From Eledone cirrhosa (taxonomy: Eukaryota): a stretch of DNA of 64,000 nucleotides. The DNA is taken from the NCBI GenBank assembly GCA_964016885.1, contig OZ024744.1, forward strand, positions 56,048,001-56,112,000. Direction: 5' to 3'. This document shows positions 1 through 15,000 of the stretch, one piece after another; position 1 is the first letter of the stretch, and every line of letters starts with the position of its first letter. Below the pieces are notes generated by a model that did no database searches, was not told where the DNA came from, and saw nothing but the letters and a program-made list of their open reading frames with translations. The translations under genes and the position numbers were made by a program.

Positions 1-3000
1 GACAGTTAGGTGGACCGTGGTCTGAGACTGAACTATATTGATCTGGTACTGACAGCTAGGTAGACTGTGGTCTGAGACTGAACTATATTGATCTGGTACC
101 TTACATTGACAGTTAGGTGGACTGTGGTCTGAGACTGAACTATATTGATCTTATACTAACAGGTAGGTAGACTGTGGTCTGTGACTGAACTATATTGATC
201 TGGTACTGACAGCTAGGTAGACTGTGGTCTGAGATTGAACTATATTGATCTGGTACCTTACATTGACAGTTAGGTGGATTGTGGTCTGAGTCTGAACTAT
301 ATTGATCTTGTACTAACAAGTAGGTAGACTGTGGTCTGTGACTGAACTATATTGATCTGTTACTGACAGCTAGGTAGACTGTGGTCTTAGATTGAACTAT
401 ATTGATCTGGTACCTTACATTCACAGCTAGGTAGACTGTGGTCTGAGACTGAACTATATTGATCTGGTACTGACAGCTAGGTAGACTGTGGTCTGAGACT
501 GAATTATATTGATCTGGTACCTTACATTGACAACTAGGTAGACTGTGGTCTGTGACTGAACTATATTGATCTGGTACCTTACATTGACTGCTAGTTAGAC
601 TGTGGTCTGTGACTGAACTATATTGATCTGGTACTGACAGCTAGGTGGACTGTGGTCTGAGACTGAACTATATTGATCTGGTATTGACAGCTAGGTGGAC
701 TGTGGTCTGAGACTGAACTATATTGATCTTGTATTGACAGCTAGGTAGACTGTGGTCTGAGACTGAACTATATTGATGTGGTACTGACAGCTAGGTAGAC
801 TGTGGTCTGAGACTGAACTATATTGATCTGGTATTGACAGCTAGGTAGACAGTGGTCTGCGACTGAACTATATTGATGTGGTACTGACAGCTAGGTGGAC
901 TGTGGTCTGTGACTGAACTATATTGATCTGGTACTGACAGCCAGGTAGACTGTGGTCTGAGACTGAACTATATTGATCTGGTACATTACATTGACAGCTA
1001 GGTGGACTGTGGTCTGAGACTGAACTATATTGATCTGGTATTGACAGCTAGTTGGACTGTGGTCTGGGACTGAACTATATTGATCTGGTACTGCCAGCTA
1101 GGTAGACTGTGGTCTGAGACTGAACTATATTGATCTGGTACTGACAGCTAGGTAGACTGTGGTCTGGGACTGAACTATATTGATCTGGTACCTTCATTGA
1201 CAGCTAGGTGGACTGTGGTCTGTGACTGAACTATATTGATCTGGTACTGACAGCTAGGTGGACTGTGGTCTGTGACTGAACTATATTGATCTGGTACTGA
1301 TACCTAGGTGGACTGTGGTCTGTGACTGAACTATATTGATCTGGTACTGACAGCTAGGTAGACTGTGGTCTGAGACTGAACTATATTGATCTGGTACTGA
1401 CAGCTAGGTGGACTCTGGTCTGAGACTGAACTATATTGATCTGGTACCTTACAATGACAGCTAGGTGGACTGTGGTCTGTGACTGAACTATATTGATTTG
1501 GTACTGACAGCTAGGTAGACTGTGGTCTGAGACTGAACTATATTGATCTGGTACCTTACATTGACAGCTAGATAGACTGTGGTCTGTGCCTGAACTATAT
1601 TGATCTGGTACTAACAGGTAGGTAGACTGTGGTCTGTGACTGAACTATATTGATCTGGTACTGTCAGCTAGGTAGACTGTGGTCTGAGACTGAATTATAT
1701 TGATCTGGTACATTACATTGACAGCTAGGTAGACTGTGGTCTGTGACTGAACTATATTGATCTGGTACTGTCAGCTAGGTGGACTGTGATCTGAGACTGA
1801 ACTGTATTGATCTGGTACGCACAGCTAGGTAGACTGTGGTCTGAGACTTAACTATATTGATCTGGTATTGACTGCTAGGTAGACTGTGGTCTGGGACTGA
1901 ACTATATTGATCTGGTATTGACAGCTAGGTGGACTGTGGTCCGAGACTGAACTATATTGATCTGATACTGACAGCCAGGTGGACTCTGGTCTGAGACTGA
2001 ACTATATTGATCTGGTACATTACATTGACAGCTAGGTGGACTGTGGTCTGAGACTGAACTATATTGATCTGGTATTGACAGCTAGGTGGACTGTGGTCTG
2101 AGACTGAACTATATTGATCTGGTATTGACAGCTAGGTGGACTGTGGTCCAAGACTGAACTATATTGATCTGATACTGACAGCCAGGTGGACTCTGGTCTG
2201 AGACTGAACTATATTGATCTGGTACATTACATTGACAGCTAGGTAGACTATGGTCTGGGACTGAACTATATTGATCTGGTACTGACAGCTAGGTAGACTG
2301 TGGTCTGAGACTGAACTATATTGATCTGGTACTGACAGCTAGGTAGACTGTGGTCTGAGACTGAACTATATTGATCTGGTACTGAAAGCTAGGTGGACTG
2401 TGGTCTGAGACTGAACTATATTGACCTGGTACCTTACAATGACAGCTAGGTGGACTGTGGTCTGTGACTGAACTATATTGATCTGGTACTGACAGCTAGG
2501 TGGACTGTGGTCTGAGACTGAACTATATTGATCTGGTACCTTACATTGACAGCTAGGTAGACTGTGGTCTGTGCCTGAACTATATTGATCTGGTACTAAC
2601 AGGTAGGTAGACTGTGGTCTGTGACTGAACTATATTGATCTGGTACTGTCAGCTAGGTAGACTGTGGCCTGAGACTGAATTATATTGATCTGGTACCTTA
2701 CATTGACAGCTAGGTAGACTGTGGTCTGTGACTGAACTGTATTGATCTGGTACTGACAGCTAAGTAGACTGTGGTCTGAGACTGAACTATATTGATCTGG
2801 TACCTTAGATTGACCGTTAGGTGGACTGTGTTCTGAGACTGAACTATAATGATCTGGTACCTTACATTGACAGCTAGGTAGACTGTGGTCTGAGACTGAA
2901 CTATATTGATCTGGTACCCTACATTGACTGCTAGGTAGACTGTGGTCTGTGACTGAACTATATTGATCTGGTATTGACTGCTACGTAGACTGTGGTCTGG

Positions 3001-6000
3001 GACTCAACTATATTGATCTGGTACGCACAGCTAGGTAGACTGTGGTCTGAGACTGAACTATATTGATCTGGTACTGACAGCTAGGTAGACTGTGGTCTGA
3101 GACTGAACTATATTGATCTGGTACCTTACATTGACAGTTAGGTGGACTGTGGTCTGAGACTGAACTATATTGATCTTATACTAACAGGTAGGTAGACTGT
3201 GGTCTGTGACTGAACTATATTGATCTGGTACTGACAGCTCGGTAGACTGTGGTCTGAGATTGAACTATATTGATCTGGTACCTTACATTGACAGTTAGGT
3301 GGATTGTGGTCTGAGACTGAACTATATTGATCTTGTACTAACAAGTAGGTAGACTGTGGTCTGTGACTGAACTATATTGATCTGGTACTGACAGCTAGGT
3401 AGACTGTGGTCTGAGATTGAACTATATTGATCTGGTACCTTACATTCACAGCTAGGTAGACTGTGGTCTGAGACTGAACTATATTGATCTGGTACTGACA
3501 GCTAGGTAGACTGTGGTCTGAGACTGAATTATATTGATCTGGTACCTTACATTGACAACTAGGTAGACTGTGGTCTGTGACTGAACTATATTGATCTGGT
3601 ACCTTACATTGACTGCTAGTTAGACTGTGGTCTGTGACTGAACTATATTGATCTGGTACTGACAGCTAGGTGGACTGTGGTCTGAGACTGAACTATATTG
3701 ATCTGGTATTGACAGCTAGGTGGACTATGGTCTGAGACTGAACTATATTGATCTTGTATTGACAGCTAGGTAGACTGTGGTCTGAGACTGAACTATATTG
3801 ATGTGGTACTGACAGCTAGGTAGACTGTGGTCTGAGACTGAACTATATTGATCTGGTATTGACAGCTAGCTAGACAGTGGTCTGCGACTGAACTATATTG
3901 ATGTGGTACTGACAGCTAGGTGGACTGTGGTCTGTGACTGAACTATATTGATCTGGTACTGACAGCCAGGTAGACTGTGGTCTGAGACTGAACTATATTG
4001 ATCTGGTACATTACATTGACAGCTAGGTGGACTGTGGTCTGAGACTGAACTATATTGATCTGGTATTGACAGCTAGTTGGACTGTGGTCTGGGACTGAAC
4101 TATATTGATCTGGTACTGCCAGCTAGGTAGACTGTGGTCTGAGACTGAACTATATTGATCTGGTACTGACAGCTAGGTAGACTGTGGTCTGGGACTGAAC
4201 TATATTGATCTGGTACCTTACATTGACAGCTAGGTGGACTGTGGTCTGTGACTGAACTATATTGATCTGGTACTGACAGCTAGGTGGACTGTGGTCTGTG
4301 ACTGAACTATATTGATCTGGTACTGATACCTAGGTGGACTGTGGTCTGTGACTGAACTATATTGATCTGGTACTGACAGCTAGGTAGACTGTGGTCTGAG
4401 ACTGAACTATATTGATCTGGTACTGACAGCTAGGTGGACTGTGGTCTGAGACTGAACTATATTGATCTGGTACCTTACAATGACAGCTAGGTGGACTGTG
4501 GTCTGTGACTGAACTATATTGATTTGGTACTGACAGCTAGGTAGACTGTGGTCTGAGACTGAACTATATTGATCTGGTACCTTACATTGACAGCTAGATA
4601 GACTGTGGTCTGTGCCTGAACTATATTGATCTGGTACTAACAGGTAGGTAGACTGTGGTCTGTGACTGAACTATATTGATCTGGTACTGTCAGCTAGGTA
4701 GACTGTGGTCTGAGACTGAATTATATTGATCTGGTACATTACATTGACAGCTAGGTAGACTGTGGTCTGTGACTGAACTATATTGATCTGGTACTGTCAG
4801 CTAGGTGGACTGTGATCTGAGACTGAACTGTATTGATCTGGTACGCACAGCTAGGTAGACTGTGGTCTGAGACTTAACTATATTGATCTGGTATTGACTG
4901 CTAGGTAGACTGTGGTCTGGGACTGAACTATATTGATCTGGTATTGACAGCTAAGTAGACTGTGGTCTGAGACTGAACTATATTGATCTGGTACATTACA
5001 TTGACAGCTAGGTGGACTGTGGTCTGAGACTGAACTATATTGATCTGGTATTGACAGCTAGGTGGACTGTGGTCTGAGACTGAACTATATTGATCTGGTA
5101 TTGACAGCTAGGTGGACTGTGGTCCGAGACTGAACTATATTGATCTGATACTGACAGCCAGGTGGACTCTGGTCTGAGACTGAACTATATTGATTTGGTA
5201 CATTACATTGACAGCTAGGTAGACTATGGTCTGGGACTGAACTATATTGATCTGGTACTGACAGCTAGGTAGACTGTGGTCTGAGACTGAACTATATTGA
5301 TCTGGTACTGACAGCTAGGTAGACTGTGGTCTGAGACTGAACTATATTGATCTGGTACTGACAGCTAGGTGGACTGTGGTCTGAGACTGAACTATATTGA
5401 CCTGGTACCTTACAATGACAGCTAGGTGGACTGTGGTCTGTGACTGAACTATATTGATCTGGTACTGACAGCTAGGTGGACTGTGGTCTGAGACTGAACT
5501 ATATTGATCTGGTACCTTACATTGACAGCTAGGTAGACTGTGGTCTGTGCCTGAACTATATTGATCTGGTACTAACAGGTAGGTAGACTGTGGTCTGTGA
5601 CTGAACTATATTGATCTGGTACTGTCAGCTAGGTAGACTGTGGCCTGAGACTGAATTATATTGATCTGGTACCTTACATTGACAGCTAGGTAGACTGTGG
5701 TCTGTGACTGAACTATATTGATCTGGTACTGACAGCTAAGTAGACTGTGGTCTGAGACTGAACTATATTGATCTGGTACCTTACATTGACCGTTAGGTGG
5801 ACTGTGTTCTGAGACTGAACTATAATGATCTGGTACCTTACATTGACAGCTAGGTAGACTGTGGTCTGAGACTGAACTATATTGATCTGGTACCCTACAT
5901 TGACTGCTAGGTAGACTGTGGTCTGTGACTGAACTATATTGATCTGGTATTGACTGCTACGTAGACTGTGGTCTGGGACTCAACTATATTGATCTGGTAC

Positions 6001-9000
6001 GCACAGCTAGGTAGACTGTGGTCTGAGACTGAACTATATTGATCTGGTATTGACAGCTAGGTAGACTGTGGTCTGGGACTGAACTATATTGATCTGGTAT
6101 TGACAGCTAGGTAGACTGTGGTCTGAGACTGAACTATATTGATCAGGTATTGACAGCTAGGTAGACTCTGGTCTCTGACTGAACTATATTGATGTGGTAC
6201 CTATTACTGACAGCTAGGTGGACTGTGGTCTGAGACTGAACTATATTGATCTGGTACTGACAGCTAAGTAGACTGTGGTCTAAGACTGAACTATATTGAT
6301 CTGGTACATTACATTGACAGCTAGGTGGACTGTGGTCTGAGACTGAACTATATTGATCTGGTATTGAAAGCTAGGTACACTGTGGTCTGAGACTGAACTA
6401 TATTGATCTGGTACTGACAGCTAGGTGGACTGTGGTCTGAGACTGAACTATATTGATCTGGTACTGACAGCCAGGTAGACTGTGGTCTGAGACTGAACTA
6501 TATTGATCTGGTACATTACATTGACAGCTAGGTGGACTGTGGTCTGAGACTGAACTATATTGATCTGGTATTGACAGCTAGGTGGACTGTGGTCTGGGAC
6601 TGAACTATATTGATCTGGTACTGCCAGCTAGGTAGACTGTGGTCTGAGACTGAACTACATTGATCTGGTATTGATAGCTAGGTAGACTGTGGTCTGGGAC
6701 TGAACTATATTGATATGGTACCTTACATTGACAGCTAGGTGGACTGTGGTCTGTGACTGAACTATATTGATCTGGTACTGACAGCTAGGTGGACTGTGGT
6801 CTGTGACTGAACTATATTGATCTGGTACTGATAGCTAGGTGTACTGTGGTCTGTGACTGAACTATATTGATCTGGTACTGATAGCTAGGTGGACTGTGGT
6901 CTGTGACAGAACTATATTGATCTGGTACTGTCAGCTAGGTAGACTGTGGTCTGAGACTGAATTATATTGATCTGGTACCTTACATTGACAGCTAGGTAGA
7001 CTGTGGTCTGTGACTGAACTATATTGATCTGGTACTGACAGCTAGGTGGACTGTGATCTGAGACTGAACTGTATTGATCTGGTACCTTACGTTGACAGCT
7101 AGGTAGACTGTTGTCTGAGGCTGAACTATATTGATCTGGTACCTTACATTGACAGCTAGGTAGACTGTGGTCTGTGACTGAACTATATTGATCTGGTACT
7201 GACAGCTAGGTGGACTGTGATCTGAGACTGAACTATATTGATCTGGTACATTACATTGACAGCTAGGTGGACTGTGGTCTGAGACTGAACTATATTGATC
7301 TGGTATTGACAGCTAGGTGGACTGTGGTCTGAGACTGAACTATATTGATCTGGTACTGACAGCCAGGTAGACTGTGGTCTGAGACTGAACTATATTGATC
7401 TGGTACATTACATTGACAACTAGGTGGACTGTGGTCTGAGACTGAACTATATTGATCTGGTATTGACAGCTAGGTGGACTGTGGTCTGGGACTGAACTAT
7501 ATTGATCTGGTACTGCCAGCTAGGTAGACTGTGGTCTGAGACTGAACTATATTGATCTGGTACTGACAGCTAGGTAGACTGTGGTCTGGGACTGAACTAT
7601 ATTGATCTGGTACCTTACATTGACAGCTAGGTGGACTGTGGTCTGTGACTGAACTATATTGATCTGGTACTGACAGCTAGGTGGACTGTGGTCTGTGACT
7701 GAACTATATTGATCTGGTACTGATACCTAGGTGGACTGTGGTCTGTGACTGAACTATATTGATCTGGTACTGACAGCTAGGTAGACTGTGGTTTGAGACT
7801 GAACTATATTGATCTGGTACTGACAGCTAGGTGGACTGTGGTCTGAGACTGAACTATATTGATCTGGTACTGACAGCCAGGTAGACTGTGGTCTGAGACT
7901 GAACTATATTGATCTGGTACATTACATTGACAGCTAGGTGGACTGTGGTCTGAGACTGAACTATATTGATCTGGTATTGACAGCTAGTTGGACTGTGGTC
8001 TGGGACTGAACTATATTGATCTGGTACTGCCAGCTAGGTAGACTGTGGTCTGAGACTGAACTATATTGATCTGGTACTGACAGCTAGGTAGACTGTGGTC
8101 TGGGACTGAACTATATTGATCTGGTACCTTACATTGACAGCTAGGTGGACTGTGGTCTGTGACTGAACTATATTGATCTGGTAAAGACAGCTAGGTGGAC
8201 TGTGGTCTGTGACTGAACTATATTGATCTGGTACTGATACCTAGGTGGACTGTGGTCTGTGACTGAACTATATTGATCTGGTACTGACAGCTAGGTAGAC
8301 TGTGGTCTGAGACTGAACTATATTGATCTGGTACTGACAGCTAGGTGGACTGTGGTCTGAGACTGAACTATATTGATCTGGTACCTTACAATGACAGCTA
8401 GGTGGACTGTGGTCTGTGACTGAACTATATTGATTTGGTACTGACAGCTAGGTAGACTGTGGTCTGAGACTGAACTATATTGATCTGGTACCTTACATTG
8501 ACAGCTAGATAGACTGTGGTCTGTGCCTGAACTATATTGATCTGGTACTAACAGGTAGGTAGACTGTGGTCTGTGACTGAACTATATTGATCTGGTACTG
8601 TCAGCTAGGTAGACTGTGGTCTGAGACTGAATTATATTGATCTGGTACCTTACATTGACAGCTAGGTAGACTGTGGTCTGTGACTGAACTATATTGATCT
8701 GGTACTGACAGCTAGGTGGACTGTGATATGAGACTGAACTGTATTGATCTGGTACCTTACGTTGACAGCTAGGTAGACTATGGTCTGGGACTGAACTATA
8801 TTGATCTGGTATTGACAGCTAGGTGGACTGTGGTCCGAGACTGAACTATATTGATCTGATACTGACAGCCAGGTGGACTCTTGTCTGAGACTGAACTATA
8901 TTGATCTGGTACATTACATTGACAGCTAGGTAGACTATGGTCTGGGACTGAACTATATTGATCTGGTACTGACAGCTAGGTAGACTGTGGTCTGAGACTG

Positions 9001-12000
9001 AACTATATTGATCTGGTACTGACAGCTAGGTAGACTGTGGTCTGAGACTGAACTATATTGATCTGGTACTGACAGCTAGGTGGACTGTGGTCTGAGACTG
9101 AACTATATTGATCTGGTACCTTACAATGACAGCTAGGTGGACTGTGGTCTGTGACTGAACTATATTGATCTGGTACTGACAGCTAGGTGGACTGTGGTCT
9201 GAGACTGAACTATATTGATCTGGTACCTTACATTGACAGCTAGGTAGACTGTGGTCTGTGCCTGAACTATATTGATCTGGTACTAACAGGTAGGTAGACT
9301 GTGGTTTGTGACTGAACTATATTGATCTGGTACTGTCAGCTAGGTAGACTGTGGTCTGAGACTGAATTATATTGATCTGGTACCTTACATTGACAGCTAG
9401 GTAGACTGTGGTCTGTGACTGAACTATATTGATCTGGTACTGACAGCTAGGTGGACTGTGATCTGAGACTGAACTGTATTGATCTGGTACCTTACGTTGA
9501 CAGCTAGGTAGACTGTTGTCTGAGGCTGAACAATATTGCTCTGGTACCTTACATTGACAGCTAGGTAGAGTGTGGTCTGAGACTGAACTATATTGATCTG
9601 GTACCTTACATTGACAGCTAGGTAGACTGTGGTCTGTGACTGAACTATATTGATCTGGTATTGACTGCTAGGTAGACTGTGGTCTGAGACTGAACTATAT
9701 TGATCTGGTATTGACTGCTAGGTAGACTGTGGTCTGGGACTGAACTATATTGATCTGGTACCTTACATTGACAGCTATGTAGACTGTGGTCTGGGACTGA
9801 ACGATATTGATCTGTTACTGACAGCTAGGTGGACTGTGGTCTGATACTGAACTATATTGATCTGTTCCTGACAGCTAGGTGGACTGTGGTCTGATACTGA
9901 ACTATATTGATCTGTTCCTGACAGCTAGGTGGACTGTGGTCTGAGACTGAACTATATTGATCTGGTACTGACAGCCAGGTGGACTGTGCTCTGAGACTGA
10001 ACTATATTGATCTGGTACATTACATTGACAGCTAGGTAGACTATGGTCTGGGACTGAACTATATTGATCTGGTACTGACAGCTAGTTAGACTGTGGTCTG
10101 AGACTGAACTATATATATATTGATCTGGTATTGACAACTAGGTAGACTGTGGTCTGGGACTGAACTATATTGATCTGGGACTGACAGCTAGGTGGACTGT
10201 GGTCTGTGACTGAACTATATTGATCTGGTACTGACAGCTAGGTGGACTGTGGTCTGTGACTGAACTATATTGATCTGGTAGTGATAGCTAGGTGGACTGT
10301 AGTCTGAGACTGAACTATATTGATCTGGTACTGACAGCTAGGTGGACTGTGTTTTGAGACGGAACTATATTGATCTGGTACTGACAGTTAGGTAGACTGT
10401 AGTCTGTGACTGAACTATATTGATCTGGTTCTTTACATTGACAGCTAGGTGGACTTGGGTCTGAGACTGAACTACATTGATCTGGTACCTTACAATGACA
10501 GCTAGGTGGACTGTGGTCTGAGACTGAACTGTATTGATCTGGTACCTTACATTGACAGCTAGGTGGACTGTGGTCTGAGACTGAACTATATTGATCTTGT
10601 ACTGACAGCTCGGTGGACTGTGGTCTGTGACTCAACTATATTGATCTGGTACCTTACATTGACAGCTAGGTGGACTGTGGTCTGAGGCTGAACTATATTG
10701 ATCTGGTACCTTACATTGACAGCTATGTGGACTGTGGTCTGAGACTGAACTATATTGATCTGGTACTGACAGCTAGGTGGACTGTGGTCTGAGACTGAAC
10801 TATATTGATCTGGCACTGACAGCTAGGTGGACTGTGGTCTGAGACTGAACTATATTGATGTGGTACCTATTACTGACAGCTAGGTGGACTGTGGTCTGAG
10901 ATTGAACTATATTGATCTGGTACCTTACGTTGACAGCTAGGTAGACTGTGGTCTGTGACTGAACTATATTGATCTGGTACTGAGAGCTAGGTGGATTGTG
11001 GTCTGAGACTGAACTATATTGATCTGGTACTGACAGCTAGGTAGACTGTGGTGTGTAACTGAACTATATTGATCTGGTACCTTACATTGACAGTTAGGTG
11101 GACTGTGGTCTGAGACTGAACTATATTGATCTAGTACTGACAGATAGGTAGACTGTGGTTTGAGTCTGAACTATATTGATCTGGTACCTTACATTGACAG
11201 TTAGGTGGACCGTGGTCTGAGACTGAACTATATTGATCTGGTACTGACAGCTAGGTAGACTGTGGTCTGAGACTGAACTATATTGATCTGGTACCTTACA
11301 TTGACAGTTAGGTGGACTGTGGTCTGAGACTGAACTATATTGATCTTATACTAACAGGTAGGTAGACTGTGGTCTGTGACTGAACTATATTGATCTGGTA
11401 CTGACAGCTAGGTAGACTGTGGTCTGAGATTGAACTATATTGATCTGGTACCTTACATTGACAGTTAGGTGGATTGTGGTCTGAGACTGAACTATATTGA
11501 TCTTGTACTAACAAGTAGGTAGACTGTGGTCTGTGACTGAACTATATTGATCTGGTACTGACAGCTAGGTAGACTGTGGTCTGAGATTGAACTATATTGA
11601 TCTGGTACCTTACATTCACAGCTAGGTAGACTGTGGTCTGAGACTGAACTATATTGATCTGGTACCTTACATTGACTGCTAGTTAGACTGTGGTCTGTGA
11701 CTGAACTATATTGATCTGGTACTGACAGCTAGGTGGACTGTGGTCTGAGACTGAACTATATTGATCTGGTATTGACAGCTAGGTGGACTGTGGTCTGAGA
11801 CTGAACTATATTGATCTTGTATTGACAGCTAGGTAGACTGTGGTCTGAGACTGAACTATATTGATGTGGTACTGACAGCTAGGTAGACTGTGGTCTGAGA
11901 CTGAACTATATTGATCTGGTATTGACAGCTAGGTAGACAGTGGTCTGCGACTGAACTATATTGATGTGGTACTGACAGCTAGGTGGACTGTGGTCTGTGA

Positions 12001-15000
12001 CTGAACTATATTGATCTGGTACTGACAGCTAGGTGGACTCTGGTCTGTGACTGAACTACATTGATCTGGTACTGATAGCTAGGTGGACTGTGGTCTGTGA
12101 CTGAACTATATTGATCTGGTACTGACAGCTAGGTGGACTGTGGTCAGAGACTGAACTATATTGATCTGGTACTGACAGCTAGGTAGACTGTGGTCTGAGA
12201 CTGAACTATATTGATCTGGTACTGACAGCTAGGTGGACTGTGGTCTGAGACTGAACTATATTGATCTGGTACCTTACATTGACAGCTACGTGGACTGTGG
12301 TCTGTGACTGAACTATATTGATCTGGTACTGACAGCTAGGTAGATTGTGGTTTGAGACTGAACTATATTGATGTGGTACTGACAGCTAGGTGGACTGTGG
12401 TCTGAGACTGAATTATATTGATCTGGTACCTTTCATTGACAGCTAGGTAGACTGTGGTCTGAGATTGAACTATATTGATCTCGTACTGACAGCTAGGTAG
12501 ACTGTGGTGTGAGACTGATCTATATTGATCTGGTACCTTTCATTGACAGCTAGGTAGACTGTGGTCTGAGACTGAACTATATTGATCTGGTACCTTACTT
12601 TGATAGCTAGGTAGACTGTGGTCTGAGACTGAACTATATTGATCTGGCACCTTACACTGACAGCTACGTGGACTGTGGTCTGTGACTGAATTATATTGAT
12701 CTGGTACAGACAGCTAGGTAGACTGTGGTCTGAGACTGAACTATATTGATCTGGTACTGACTGCTAGGTGGACAGTGGTCTGTGACTGAACTATATTGAT
12801 CTGGTACTGACAGCTAGGTAGACTGTGGTCTGAGACTGAACTATATTGATCTGGTACCTTACATTGACAGCTATGTAGACTGTGGTCTGTGGCTGAACTA
12901 TATTGATCTGGTACTGACAGCCAGGTGGACTGTGGTCTGAGACTGAACTATATTGATCTGGTACATTACATTGACAGCTAGGTAGACTATGGTCTGGGAC
13001 TGAACTATATTGATCTGGTACTGACAGCTAGGTAGACTGTGGTCTGAGACTGAACTATATTGATCTGGTATTGACAGCTAGGGAGACTGTGGTCTGGGAC
13101 TGAACTATATTGATCTGGTACTGACAGCTAGGTGGACTGTGGTCTGTGACTGAACTATATTGATCTGGTACTGACAGCTAGGTGGACTGTAGTCTGTGAC
13201 TGAACTATATTGATCTGGTACTGATAACTAGGTGGACTGTGGTCTGTGACTGAACTATATTGATCTGGTACTGACAGCTAGGTGGACTGTGGTCTGAGAC
13301 TGAACTATATTGATCTGTTACTGACAGCTAGCTGGACTGTGGTCTGAGACTGAACTATATTGATCTGGTACTGACAGCTATGTGGACTGTGGTCTGAGAC
13401 TGAACTATATTGATCTGGTACTGACAGCTAGGTAGACTGCGGTCTGTGACTGAACTATATTGATCTGGTACTGACAGCTAGGTAGACTGTGGTCTGAGAC
13501 TGAACTATATTGGTCTGGTACCTTACATTGACAGTTAGGTGGACTGTGGTCTGAGACTGAACTATATTGATCTGGTACCTTACATTGACAGCTAGGTGGA
13601 CTGTGGTCTGAGACTGAACTATATTGATCTGGTACTGACAGCTAGGTGGACTGTGGTCTGAGACTGAACTAAATTGATCTGGTACTGACAGCTAGGTTGA
13701 ATGTGGTCTGAGACTGAACTATACTGATCTGGTACCTTTCATTGACAGCTAGGTAGACTGTGGTCTGAGACTGAACTATATTGATCTGGTACTGACAGCT
13801 AGGTGGACTGTGGTCTGAGACTGAACTATATTGATCTGGTACCTTACATTGACAGCTAGGTAAACTGTGGTCTGAAACTGAACTATATTGATCTGGTATT
13901 GACAGCTAGGTAGACTGTGGTCTGAGACTGAACTATATTGATCTGGTACTGACAGCTATGTGGACTGTGGTCTGAGACTGAACTATATTGATCTGGTACT
14001 GACAGCTAGGTGGACTGTGGTCTGAGACTGAACTATATTGATCTGTTACTGACAGCTAGGTGGACTGTGGTCTGAGACTGAACTATATTGATCTGTTACT
14101 GACAGCTAAGTGTACTGTGGTCTGTGACTGAACTATATTGATCTGGTACTGACAGCTAGGTAGACTGTGGTCTGAGACTGAACTATATTGATCTGGTACT
14201 GACAGCTAGGTGGACTGTGGTCTGTGACTGAACTATATTGATCTGGGACTGACAGCTATGTAGACTGTGGTCTGTGACTGAACTATATTGATCTGGTTCT
14301 GACAGCTAGGTGGACTGTGGTCTGAGACTGAACTATATTGATCTGGTACTCACAGCTAGGTAGACTCTGGTGTGAGACTGAACTATATTGATCTGGTACC
14401 TAACAATGACAGCTAGGTGAACTGTGGTCTGAGACTGAACAATATTGAACTGGTACTGACAGCTAGGTGGACTGTAGTCTGAGACTGAACTATATTGATC
14501 TGGTACTGACAGCTAGGTAGACTGTGGTGTGAGACTGAACTATATTGATCTGGTACCTTACATTGACAGCTAGGTAGACTGTGGTCTGAGACTGAATTAT
14601 ATTGATCTGGTACTGACAGCTAGGTAGACTGTGGTCTGAGACTGAACTATATTGATGTGGTACTGACAGCTAGGTGGACTGTGGTCTGTGACTGAACTAT
14701 ATTGATCTGGTACTGACAGCTAGGTAGACTGTGGTCTGAGACTGAACTATATTGATCTGGTACTGACAGCCAGGTGGACTGTGGTCTGAGACTGAACTAT
14801 ATTGATCTGGTACATTACATTGACAGCTAGGTGGACTATGGTCTGGGACTGAACTATGTTGATCTGGTACTGACAGCTAGGTGGACTGTGGTCTGTGACT
14901 GAACTATATTGATCTGGTACTGATAACTAGGTGGACTGTGGTCTGTGACTGAACTATATTGATCTGGTACTGACAGCTAGGTGGACTGTGGTCTGTGACT

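Noticed and set aside
9952-10816. Short minus-strand ORFs within the 50-bp satellite
   Set aside because: They are translations of monomers (YQINIVQSQTTVHLAV repeats) opened by chance 50/57 phase combinations.
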